Source of the DNA: Guillardia theta nucleomorph
Taxonomy: Eukaryota > Protista > Cryptophyta
NCBI GenBank assembly: GCA_000002975.1
Contig: AJ010592.2
Coordinates: forward strand, 90,001-122,000
Length of the DNA stretch: 32,000 nt
Direction of reading: 5' to 3'
The notes under the pieces were generated by a model. It was not told where the DNA came from and did not search any database. It worked only from the letters and a program-made list of their open reading frames with translations. This document shows, in pieces, positions 16,032-25,318 of the stretch; the first letter of the stretch is position 1; the number at the start of each line of letters is the position of its first letter. A program made the translations under genes and the position numbers.

Positions 16032-17987
16032 TCATGGTTTTAGAACGTTTTTCATTTTATACAATTTATATAAAAAAAGAACATTCTTGAATTTTTTTTT
16101 TTGTGAAAATTCTAAATTAACATCCAAGAACTGATTGTTTAATTTTAATCTAGATAATTTACATTTTATTTTTTTACAGTTATAAGATTCATCATTTTTA
16201 TAGACTAAATTTAATTCAAAATTAACATCTGTTGCACCTAAAAAGCTATTATGAAAAAGATTTCTACTGAAGTTTTCATATAAAGACTTATGATTAGAAA
16301 ATAACTTTGTTCGAATTTGGAAAATTTCCTGTAATGCCAACTTAGATAATATCGAATTTTCAATGTAATTTAATCTTGTAAAAATTTTGTAAATCATATT
16401 TTTGGATGACAAATTTTTTTGATAGCTCATTTTTTTACCTGATTCTTTAAAATCATTAGCAAATTTAGTTATTAAAAATAAAATTGATAATTTTTTTAGT
16501 TGAATGAATTCCATTTTAGGTATTTCCAATTCATAGTTCTTTATATTAGTTTGCTCCATTATGATCAAAATAATTGTTCGTATCTGAATAAAGTAATTTG
16601 TCTCAATCAAAAATAAATGAAAAAATTTATTAATAAATATTAACGAATTAAAAGTACTGTTGGTTAAAATACCTTGAGCATTAATTTTTAAAATTTCATT
16701 ATAAATTAAATTATTAGAAAAAGTTGTATATCTTGAATTTAAATAAATCCAATAATAAATTGGTATGAAATTATTAAGTAAACAATTAACTAATTTTTGT
16801 GATTTATATTCAGTTAAGTATTCATCTGGATCTTTTATGTAATCCAAATCAGAAAGCGATATTGCTGATAAAATATAATCATTTTTCCCTAGTTTTAGAA
16901 AATATTTTATTAATCGAAAAGTGAATAATTTTCCAGCGTTATCAAAATCAAAAAAAAGCATTGTATGAAAATAATCTGAGATTAAAAAGGATTTAAATAT
17001 TTGAAAGTTATTTGAACTACCTCCTAGTGAAGCTACAGAAAACCTGATTCCGTTTTGAAAAAGAGTGATGCTGTCTAAATATCCTTCACAAATTAAACAG
17101 CATTTAGATTTTAAGCTGATGTTTGATTTGATTTCTTCTGAAAATAGTATTTTTTTTTTTTTGAAAAATTTATTTTCTTTCGAATTTAGATATTTAGGAA
17201 TCTTTTTAGAATTTATTGTTCTTGCTCCAAATCCTAATGTTAAACAATAAATATTTCTAATGGGAATAACGAGTCTCTCGTTAAAAATATCTCTTATGAC
17301 AACCTTTTTGTTAATTTTATCAAAAACAACATATTTCATAGTTTTTGTTTTTAATAGTCTTAAATATTCATGATTTTCTTGACAATTTATTATTTGACTG
17401 ATTTTTTTATTTGAGTAACCAAGATTTAAAATTTTCATAGTTAAATTTGAAAGATTTCTGAATTTATATAACATGTAAAATTTAGTTTCTTTTAAGTTTT
17501 TATGATAAAATTTATCTAATTTAAAATATAAATTTAATGTTTGAAATTCAGACATCTCGATGTTGTTGATGTTAAAATTGGAATTATCTGATTTAGTATT
17601 GGTATAGAAGAAGTCATTCAATTCATGAGTGTCAATTTTATTTTTAAATAAATAGACTAATTTACTATAATTCCCTGATATTCCACAGCCAAAACAGTAA
17701 AACAAATTTTTATTTAAATTTAAACAGAAAGAAGGTGTTTTTTCACTATGAAAGGGACATATTGCGAAAAAATTTTCACCTTTTTTCTCAAAAATTAAGT
17801 TGATTTTTTTAAAATTTTCTATTTTAATCAAATCTTGTTTATAATTGCAAAAAGTTGCTGTTTTATAGTTTTCTTTAAAAAAATAATTAAGTTTACCTTT
17901 ACAACGAAAATTAAAATATTGATGGTCAAAATAATTAAGCTGTTTATTTTTTTTGAAATAGTTTATATTGTGATAAGAAATGAACAT
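16032..17987 (-). CDS. dnaG: Bacterial-type DNA primase DnaG, plastid-targeted
   Basis: CHC2 zinc finger CPFHSEKTPSF...FYCFGCG, D.F.ERLVIPI, GFGART, PKYLNS, TOPRIM ICEGYLD, FDFDNAG, KDPDE; N-terminal extension. Confidence 0.96.
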   Translation of the reverse strand: MFISYHNINYFKKNKQLNYFDHQYFNFRCKGKLNYFFKENYKTATFCNYKQDLIKIENFKKINLIFEKKGENFFAICPFHSEKTPSFCLNLNKNLFYCFGCGISGNYSKLVYLFKNKIDTHELNDFFYTNTKSDNSNFNINNIEMSEFQTLNLYFKLDKFYHKNLKETKFYMLYKFRNLSNLTMKILNLGYSNKKISQIINCQENHEYLRLLKTKTMKYVVFDKINKKVVIRDIFNERLVIPIRNIYCLTLGFGARTINSKKIPKYLNSKENKFFKKKKILFSEEIKSNISLKSKCCLICEGYLDSITLFQNGIRFSVASLGGSSNNFQIFKSFLISDYFHTMLFFDFDNAGKLFTFRLIKYFLKLGKNDYILSAISLSDLDYIKDPDEYLTEYKSQKLVNCLLNNFIPIYYWIYLNSRYTTFSNNLIYNEILKINAQGILTNSTFNSLIFINKFFHLFLIETNYFIQIRTIILIIMEQTNIKNYELEIPKMEFIQLKKLSILFLITKFANDFKESGKKMSYQKNLSSKNMIYKIFTRLNYIENSILSKLALQEIFQIRTKLFSNHKSLYENFSRNLFHNSFLGATDVNFELNLVYKNDESYNCKKIKCKLSRLKLNNQFLDVNLEFSQKKKFKNVLFLYKLYKMKNVLKP

Positions 17988-18982
17988 TATATATTTAAAT
18001 TTAAATTAATTATTTTTTTTTTTTTAGCCATAGCACGTGATGCAAAAAGTGGAATTGACTTTTTTTTTTCACGAATATTGTTTATTGACGATTTATTTAT
18101 TCTTTTACCGCCATCAACTGGAATTTTCCAAATAAAAATAATTTTTTTTATGTTGCTTCCTGGTAAAAATTGTAATATTTCAACAGGAAATGGGAATTTT
18201 AATTTTTTTATAAAATTTATTCTTTCTTTTTTATTATGAGGCAAAAATACGCTTATTTCTTTTGGTTCATACTCTTTCATAGATCTCATGGTTTTCAGTA
18301 ACTTAAAATATAAACAATCAAATTTATCACCAAATCTAAAATTGATTGAGGGTTCAATTATACGTATCTCGTAATATTTATTATAATCTCTGTAGTGATT
18401 TCTACAATGATTTTTTTTTATTCTTGATAAACATTTTTTATTGTAAATCGCATAACTATAGAAAGATAATGAAAGTTGATTGCATATTTTATTAATATAA
18501 TAAAATAACTTATCCTCAATTTTATTCTTTATAATATATAAATTTAAATTGTTTAGTCTCATGGAAAAATCCGTCAGTACTTTACTTTTGAGTTTTGACA
18601 GTTTGTTTCCGTACAAAGAGTATGGCTTAATATATAAACGATTATCCCATACTTTTGAGTATTTTTTTGAATAGAAATTATAATACCAAAAAAAATTTAA
18701 TGGAATAACATTTTCTCCATGATTTTTTCTTTTATCAAATTTTTCGAATTGATCCTTTGTAAACCAAATAGCATCACCTGTAATACAGAAAAAAAGAAAA
18801 TGATGAAAACCACAAAATTTTATTTCTAAAATATCTTTATAACGAATCCATATCAAATCTTTCCGCGAACATTCTTTTAATTCAAAATCAGATCTACTAT
18901 TATTTTTGATCTTAATTTTTTCATAAAAATAAGCAATAAAAAATTCTTTTTGAGTATTTTTTAACTTAAAATATTCCCTCAT
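17987..18982 (-). CDS. Hypothetical protein (331 aa); C-terminal block resembles a transposase-associated domain
   Basis: Long ORF whose stop overlaps the dnaG ATG (TAATG). C-terminal ~85 aa are compositionally distinct (P/W/G-containing). Function is inference only. Confidence 0.7.
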   Translation of the reverse strand: MREYFKLKNTQKEFFIAYFYEKIKIKNNSRSDFELKECSRKDLIWIRYKDILEIKFCGFHHFLFFCITGDAIWFTKDQFEKFDKRKNHGENVIPLNFFWYYNFYSKKYSKVWDNRLYIKPYSLYGNKLSKLKSKVLTDFSMRLNNLNLYIIKNKIEDKLFYYINKICNQLSLSFYSYAIYNKKCLSRIKKNHCRNHYRDYNKYYEIRIIEPSINFRFGDKFDCLYFKLLKTMRSMKEYEPKEISVFLPHNKKERINFIKKLKFPFPVEILQFLPGSNIKKIIFIWKIPVDGGKRINKSSINNIREKKKSIPLFASRAMAKKKKIINLNLNI

Positions 18983-19107
18983 ATTATTTTTTTTTCAATT
19001 AAAATCTTACAATATGTCTTAACTATTTTAATCTTCAAAATTATATATAATTACTAGTTCGATTTTATATAATTCATTTATCAAATAACATTATTATAAT
19101 ACCATAA

Positions 19108-19335
19108 ATGAGCAAGTGTAATAGAATTAAAAAAACAAATTTCAAAAAATTCAACATTAATGTAGTGCTAACATCTACATTTGGATTGAATGAATTTGAA
19201 AAAAAAATCACTAACTATATAAAATTAGGATACGAACAGAAAGCTTTAAAAATGTCCAAAAAAAAACTAGGAAACTTACAGAGAGCAAAAAAAAAAATAG
19301 ATTCTATAAATCATATATTAAAATACAATAATTAA
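19108..19335 (+). CDS. rpl36: 60S ribosomal protein L36 (eL36), shortened and divergent
   Basis: GLNEFEKKI...IK.G.EQKALK.SKKKLG...RAKKK matches the eL36 core G..PYE.R..EL.K...KRALK..K.RLG...RAK.K. Confidence 0.85.
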   Translation: MSKCNRIKKTNFKKFNINVVLTSTFGLNEFEKKITNYIKLGYEQKALKMSKKKLGNLQRAKKKIDSINHILKYNN

Positions 19336-19374
19336 ATTTAATAAATATAAATTTTATATTTTTGTTATTATCGA

Positions 19375-19971
19375 ATGATTAACTATGTGAATCTAGGAAC
19401 AACAATAATATCTTTAAAATATATAAATGGAATAATCATAGGAAGTGATTCTAAAGTAAACATCGGTTCTTTTATTTCAAATAGAAATTCTGACAAAGTT
19501 TTTCAATTATCTAAATTTATAGTCTGTTGTAGATCAGGTAAAAGTGCAGATAATCAAAATTTGTGTGACAAACTAAAAAATTACGTTATTGAAAAGGAAT
19601 TTATTTACGGTAGACATGTACTAGTTCGCGAAGTAGTCCAATTCATAAAAACTTTAATGTATAACTGTAATCTAGAATGCACAATGATTTGTGCAGGATG
19701 GGATTGTACTAACGGATTTCAAAATTATTTAATTACAAACGGTGGAGGTCTAATACAAAAGAGTATTATTGTTAATGGAGGAGGAAGTAACTATATTTCA
19801 GGTTTAATTGATAATAATTTTAATGAAACTATGAGTTTAGAAGAATGTGAAAAACTTATTACTAAATCTTTGTCAATTGCAATAAATAAAGATACTAGAT
19901 CAGGAGGAATTATAAGATTAACATACATCTCAAGTGCTGGAATGATAAAAAAATGTTTTTTGCCATATTAA
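19375..19971 (+). CDS. pre3: 20S proteasome beta-1 subunit (Pre3/PSMB6), catalytic Thr after an 8-aa propeptide
   Basis: VNLG/TTII, GSDS....GS.I.NR..DK, CCRSG.SAD.Q, ICAGWD, GGGS.YI.G, D..SGGIIR. Confidence 0.93.
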   Translation: MINYVNLGTTIISLKYINGIIIGSDSKVNIGSFISNRNSDKVFQLSKFIVCCRSGKSADNQNLCDKLKNYVIEKEFIYGRHVLVREVVQFIKTLMYNCNLECTMICAGWDCTNGFQNYLITNGGGLIQKSIIVNGGGSNYISGLIDNNFNETMSLEECEKLITKSLSIAINKDTRSGGIIRLTYISSAGMIKKCFLPY

Positions 19972-20028
19972 AAGTGAATATTCGGTAAATTTTAATTTAT
20001 TATATATTAATTTTTTTTAATTTAATCA

Positions 20029-21288
20029 CTATATATTTAAAAAACATGGAATTTTAGTTTCTTTTGATTTTTTAACATCATTAAATCTCAGTAATTCATT
20101 AAATATCTCTAAACTAAAAGGTAAAACTTGCAAAGAAAGTAGATCAAACCAAACAGGATTTCTTGATGACATATAATACCTTTCAGACAAAAAAATTATA
20201 GTTCTTTCATAGCTTAAATATACGTTTTTATCACCTTTTTTCTGATTTTCAACTAAAAATTGATATCTACATTCCTTAAGTTGGTTTATGAAAAAAAATT
20301 TTCTTAGAAGTATAAAATCTATATGGTCTTTTATGTAAATCAATAATTTTTTGAAATTTTTTTGATTTTCAAAGTATATTATCAACTTATCAATGAATTG
20401 TTTGGATTTATCATTAAAATTTAATTTTTCTTGATTAATTCTTATGAATTTAAATTTTAGCATTTTAGAATAAGCTAAAATATTAATTTTAAAGTTAGAT
20501 TTTTGTTCGATTGAGATTTTATTATAGTCTATATTCCTCAAAAAAAAAGGAATTGAAGATAAAATTATGTAAAAATAAGATATTTCAATATCTTTCTTTT
20601 GAATAATATTTTTAAAAATCAGGTTATTTAATCGATTTTGTGTAATAATACAATCAAATTTGTCAAAGATGAAATAAAATTTACTAATGTTTTGAAAATT
20701 TGATATAATTTTTTTTAATTCTTTCAAAAAATATGTAGAAATCAGAATTATCTGTGAATGTGTTATAGAATTTGAAAAAAACACCTGATTTTTAGATAAA
20801 AAAATTCCCAATTTTATTTTTTTTTGTGATAAATCATTGAAACTACTTAAATCTGGAGGATAAATCTTTACTCCAAACTTTATCATTCTAGGTACTGGTT
20901 TTTTGGATGAATCTCTATGAAAAAATTTTGCGAATTTATAATTACCCAAAAAATACTTTAATATGTTAATTAAAGACATTTGATTTGGAATAAATATTAT
21001 AATTTTAAAATATTCTCTGAAGTTTTTCGAAAAATGTTGTAAAATTATACTTAAGATTCGATCTACTATCATCGATTCATTTTCTTTCCTAAGGTTATTT
21101 ATAAAGAAAAACTTTAATTTCATCAAAAATTTGTTCCAAAACATTAAAAGTAAGAAAAAAGATTTAAATTGAAATAAACTTTGTGTTTTTATAAAAAAGA
21201 AAACGTTTATCAAAGAAATTAATTTCTTACAACTAAATTTGAGATAAGAATATTTATTGAGTTCAATACTAAAATCCAATTGACTCAT
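20029..21288 (-). CDS. utp25: Utp25/DEF (DUF1253) SSU-processome protein, divergent
   Basis: Collinear matches to Utp25 motifs: KIIIFIP (cf. PKVLILLP), IKLGI....QVFFSNSITHSQIILIS (cf. FRIG.......LYS.FY.SDII.ASP), LLIYIKDHIDFILLRKFF (cf. LIFIPSYFDFVRLRN), IIFLSERYY (cf. LLYTERF). Confidence 0.7.
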   Translation of the reverse strand: MSQLDFSIELNKYSYLKFSCKKLISLINVFFFIKTQSLFQFKSFFLLLMFWNKFLMKLKFFFINNLRKENESMIVDRILSIILQHFSKNFREYFKIIIFIPNQMSLINILKYFLGNYKFAKFFHRDSSKKPVPRMIKFGVKIYPPDLSSFNDLSQKKIKLGIFLSKNQVFFSNSITHSQIILISTYFLKELKKIISNFQNISKFYFIFDKFDCIITQNRLNNLIFKNIIQKKDIEISYFYIILSSIPFFLRNIDYNKISIEQKSNFKINILAYSKMLKFKFIRINQEKLNFNDKSKQFIDKLIIYFENQKNFKKLLIYIKDHIDFILLRKFFFINQLKECRYQFLVENQKKGDKNVYLSYERTIIFLSERYYMSSRNPVWFDLLSLQVLPFSLEIFNELLRFNDVKKSKETKIPCFLNI

Positions 21289-21377
21289 TGTCCAAATAAA
21301 AAAAAATTTAAATTAAATTAATATTTTAAAATAAGTAATCTCAAAATCACTCTGTCGTTAATGTAAATTAAATTTAA

Positions 21378-21815
21378 TTAAGCTTTAGGCTTTTCTTTCT
21401 TTCTTCTAAATAATGCCAATAACGCTACTCCTGCAACTTTTACAACTTTAAACCTTACTCCAGGAATATCTCCAACAGATCTTCCTTTTCTACCGAAGCC
21501 AGATATTAAAACTTCATCGTTTTCTTCAATGAAATTTAAGCAACCATCGTTGGGTACAAAGGCTGCGATTTTTTTACCATTTTTAATCAATTGCACTCTT
21601 ACCGATTTCCTTATAGCAGAGTTAGGTTGCTTGGCTTCAATACCAATTTTTTCAATCACTATACCTTTTGCATGCGAACTCCCCCTCATTGGGTTAGCTT
21701 TTTTAGCACTTAACGAATGTTTTCTTGCATAATCTTTATCATTCCACTTTTGTCTTTTTCTTAAATTTTTTAATTTTCTTCCAGCACAAATTCCTTTAGG
21801 CTTTCCAGAACCCAT
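21378..21815 (-). CDS. rps23: 40S ribosomal protein S23 (uS12)
   Basis: [37 protein letters not shown]. Confidence 0.98.
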   Translation of the reverse strand: MGSGKPKGICAGRKLKNLRKRQKWNDKDYARKHSLSAKKANPMRGSSHAKGIVIEKIGIEAKQPNSAIRKSVRVQLIKNGKKIAAFVPNDGCLNFIEENDEVLISGFGRKGRSVGDIPGVRFKVVKVAGVALLALFRRKKEKPKA

Positions 21816-21860
21816 TTTAAAGTTATTGATAATTTAAATTAAATAATAATATATATAGTT

Positions 21861-22475
21861 TTATCTAAATCTTAGAAGTTTTAAAGAATTATTAGATTTC
21901 CAATTTTGTCTTCTCGATGGTCTAAATTTGTTAGATCCATGGCCTTTCTTAACAATACCTCTAAATTTCTTACCGCTTTTAGTTAAAGCCCTAGATTCCC
22001 TATGTTTAAATTTAGATGAACAAATCCATTGTATTTTCCATGAATTTCTTACATTTCTACAATTTGGATCGATTAAGATAACTTCAAAATATTTAAATTT
22101 TAAATCTTGATTAATCCAGTATGAATTTAAAATCCTTAAATTTCCACATATTTTTCCAATTCTTTCCTCAGCTATAATTTTTTTGTTTTTTCTCAGCTTA
22201 ATCTTATTTATTGCATGACTCTTAGGCTTACCCGTTGCATTTCCTTTTTTGTAATCTCTCTTAAAATCTCCTCTTCTTATTCTTATTCTATAAATACAAA
22301 ATCCTTTGATAGACCTATAACCTAATCTTCTAGCTTTCTCTGGTCTAGTGGGTTTTTTCATCCTATAAAACGAAGGAAGTTTTCTGTACTCCCAAGCTCT
22401 TAGTTTTAACAAATAATGCATAGTTTCGGTGTTTTTCTTTCTCCAGATATGATTTACAAATATATTGGATCCCAT
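21861..22475 (-). CDS. rpl15: 60S ribosomal protein L15 (eL15)
   Basis: R.WEYR, PTRPEKARRLGY, AEER.G..CGNLRILNSYW..QD...KYFEVIL.DP, KHRE.R.LT. Confidence 0.97.
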   Translation of the reverse strand: MGSNIFVNHIWRKKNTETMHYLLKLRAWEYRKLPSFYRMKKPTRPEKARRLGYRSIKGFCIYRIRIRRGDFKRDYKKGNATGKPKSHAINKIKLRKNKKIIAEERIGKICGNLRILNSYWINQDLKFKYFEVILIDPNCRNVRNSWKIQWICSSKFKHRESRALTKSGKKFRGIVKKGHGSNKFRPSRRQNWKSNNSLKLLRFR

Positions 22476-22524
22476 AAATATACTATTTATTTAAATTTAA
22501 ATTAAAAATATATTGATAAGAAAA

Positions 22525-23091
22525 ATGGGCCGACGACCATGGAAATGTTATAGAATCGTTAAAAATAAACCTTATCCTAAATCAAGATATTGTAGAGGAG
22601 TTCCTGAACCTAAAATTAAACTTTATGATTTAGGAAATAAAAGTTGTGATGAAAAAAGTTTACCACTGTGTGTACATTTGATATCCGATGACTTTCAACA
22701 AATTTCCTCTGAATCGATAGAATCGGCTAGAGTCGCATGTAACAAATATCTTACTACAAAAGTTGGTAAAGATTTATTTCATCTGAAAATTAGAATACAC
22801 CCGTTTCATGTAATAAGAATAAATAAAATGCTTTCTTGTGCTGGTGCGGATAGGTTACAAAGTGGTATGAGAGGTGCTTTTGGCAAACCATGTGGACTCA
22901 CATCTAGAGTAACTAAAAATCAAGTCTTAATTTCAGTTAGATCTAAAAGTTCAAAGGCATATGAGGTAATAGAATCATTACGAAGGGCAAAATTTAAATT
23001 TCCAGGCAAACAAAAAATAATAATTAGTCAAAAATGGGGATTTACATTTATTTCTAAAATTAATTATATAAATTACATAAATAATTCTTAA
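22525..23091 (+). CDS. rpl10: 60S ribosomal protein L10 (uL16/QM), C-terminally short
   Basis: True ATG at 22525 (MGRRP..CYR); [42 protein letters not shown]. Confidence 0.97.
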   Translation: MGRRPWKCYRIVKNKPYPKSRYCRGVPEPKIKLYDLGNKSCDEKSLPLCVHLISDDFQQISSESIESARVACNKYLTTKVGKDLFHLKIRIHPFHVIRINKMLSCAGADRLQSGMRGAFGKPCGLTSRVTKNQVLISVRSKSSKAYEVIESLRRAKFKFPGKQKIIISQKWGFTFISKINYINYINNS

Positions 23092-23103
23092 CTTATTAAA
23101 ATT

Positions 23104-25293
23104 TTAAAATGAGAAATCCGATAACCAGCTAATAACCATCGAAAAAAAGCTCAAATTAGTACAAAAACAATTAATACACAAAAATGGGTATACAAATGAA
23201 TTAACTTTAATTTTATCAATAATGTAATTGAAATTTCCATTTTGATAGTATTTATATCCTATTGATTCTAAAATTTTCATGTAAAATAAATTACCCATTG
23301 CGTTTTTACCGAATAATTTTAAATGTCTACTATACATATAGTTTTGAGAATTTTCCTTCAATAATTTTAAAATGTTTTCTTTAAAGTTAAGAGATGAATA
23401 ATTATTTTGATTGAACAAAAATGTTAATGATGTTTGAACCATGTCAATCTTTGATAAAATTTTACCGATTGTATACCTTGACCTTTGATTTGAAAAGAAT
23501 AAACCAACCAATCTTGTTATGTTAAAATAATATTTCTCACGTAATAAAGATTTTCTTTGTTTATTGAAGTATTTAATATTATTTTCATAAGTAGAAGTTG
23601 AATTTTCTTCTGATTCCTTTTTTTCATAAAAATTTAAGAATTTGTACTTTTTTAAAAATGATATTTTAGAAATTTTTAACTTAAAAATATTTAAACCGTA
23701 ACAACACGAACACTCCCTTGCATTAACAAAGTCACTACTGTTTTTTAACTCATTATCAGATAGAATATAATCCAATTTTTCTTTGTCATACTTATCTAAT
23801 TGATCATTCGAAGAAACACATCTTTTATTATTATTGTACCTTACTACTGACATAGGTAAATGGAATCCATTGAAAATTATAAATAAGGTTGCATCGAAAA
23901 AAGAATGAAAGATATTCTTAAGTTTTTCTTTTAATTTATTTGTGTTATAATATATTGGGAATGGTATATTATTATTAATAAAAAATTTCTTAGATCCAAT
24001 CGATAATTTATTAGTAGTTTCAAATTTAAGATTTAAATGAAAATGTTGATTGAAGTTCTCAATGTTCTCATTACTAAGATTAAGGTAGTCGTTCAAATAT
24101 GGTTTTGAATAATCGATTTTATTTAATAATGAGTTAAAACAATAATGATTGACTTTTTTGCATCGAACAATGTTCCAAAAAGTTTTTAATTGATCAGAAT
24201 TATATTTCATGACCATTTTGTTTAACTTTTCTCCACTATCAAATGTACCTAAATCTGATAAAGTTTCGTATAAAATATTATTTTTTTCTTCATTATAAAG
24301 TTGAAAAAATGAATATATAAAATTTTCATTAAAAATTTTTTTATTTTGGCGGAAGTATAATTTTTGGCTATTAGTGTAATTATTAGCTGTAGCTTTTTTT
24401 ATTAGGTTGTTTAATTTTATAACTTTACTAATTCTTAGTTGATAGTTGTTAATATTTGAAAAAAAGTTCAGAAAAAACGAATTATATAAAAACATATTTC
24501 TATATTTTATTTTCAAATGATCACCAAACTTATTAATACTTATCTTATTTTTACTATATAAAGTATCAATTTGGATCTTGTTATATAAATAATGAAAATT
24601 TTTAATATTTATTCTTTTTTTATCATAAGAACCAGTAAGAAAACTTTCAATTTCAGATTTAGAATAATCAGTTGGTGAAGAAAATTCAAATATTGCTCTA
24701 TTAAATATCTCAAATCTATCTAAAAAAAAGCTTAAAAACTTAATCTCATAGTTATTAGAATAATGTAATACTAATTCTTGCAATTCTGAGTAACTTAAAT
24801 TTAAAAGTAATGAAGGATTTGAGTTTATAACACTGAAAGATGTGTAAATTATTTTAGTATACATTAAAAATGAGTTAATAAAATCAAATTTTGTAGGCAA
24901 TCTACAAATCTTTTTTTTTTCATAACTTTTCTCAATATCACTTTGAATAGAAGACACGTGGAAGCTTTGTGATATTTTCATTAAGTTAGATGGAAAATTT
25001 TTTTTAGAAGATTTTTTGAATAATGTTTGTAAATTATTAGAATCGTCATGTTTTAAAAAAGACCATTTATCAATACATATCTGGTTATCGATGTAAACTT
25101 TCTTTGACAATGAAGTGAATTGAATATTTTCCCAAATTGAATAACACAGTTTGGGAATAGCAAAATTTAGAAAAACAATTAAAATTTGCAATAAAATTTT
25201 TATTTTTATTTTTCTTGAGTAATAGTTTAAGAGACTAATTATATATTCAATCATTAATTTGAATTTAAATATGATAAACGTTTGTGAACACAT
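23104..25293 (-). CDS. Hypothetical protein (729 aa)
   Basis: Long stop-free ORF; hydrophobic N-terminal segment, Cys clusters CSCC and CINCFC; no family recognised. Confidence 0.75.
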   Translation of the reverse strand: MCSQTFIIFKFKLMIEYIISLLNYYSRKIKIKILLQILIVFLNFAIPKLCYSIWENIQFTSLSKKVYIDNQICIDKWSFLKHDDSNNLQTLFKKSSKKNFPSNLMKISQSFHVSSIQSDIEKSYEKKKICRLPTKFDFINSFLMYTKIIYTSFSVINSNPSLLLNLSYSELQELVLHYSNNYEIKFLSFFLDRFEIFNRAIFEFSSPTDYSKSEIESFLTGSYDKKRINIKNFHYLYNKIQIDTLYSKNKISINKFGDHLKIKYRNMFLYNSFFLNFFSNINNYQLRISKVIKLNNLIKKATANNYTNSQKLYFRQNKKIFNENFIYSFFQLYNEEKNNILYETLSDLGTFDSGEKLNKMVMKYNSDQLKTFWNIVRCKKVNHYCFNSLLNKIDYSKPYLNDYLNLSNENIENFNQHFHLNLKFETTNKLSIGSKKFFINNNIPFPIYYNTNKLKEKLKNIFHSFFDATLFIIFNGFHLPMSVVRYNNNKRCVSSNDQLDKYDKEKLDYILSDNELKNSSDFVNARECSCCYGLNIFKLKISKISFLKKYKFLNFYEKKESEENSTSTYENNIKYFNKQRKSLLREKYYFNITRLVGLFFSNQRSRYTIGKILSKIDMVQTSLTFLFNQNNYSSLNFKENILKLLKENSQNYMYSRHLKLFGKNAMGNLFYMKILESIGYKYYQNGNFNYIIDKIKVNSFVYPFLCINCFCTNLSFFSMVISWLSDFSF

Positions 25294-25318
25294 TATTAAA
25301 TAGTTTATAAAGTAGTTT

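Noticed and set aside
17065-18239. Plus-strand ORFs 17065-17250 and 17835-18239
   Set aside because: Antisense to dnaG/ORF331; F/I-rich composition is just the complement of Lys/Asn codons.
21529-22110. Plus-strand ORFs 21529-21732 and 21928-22110
   Set aside because: Antisense shadows of rps23 and rpl15.
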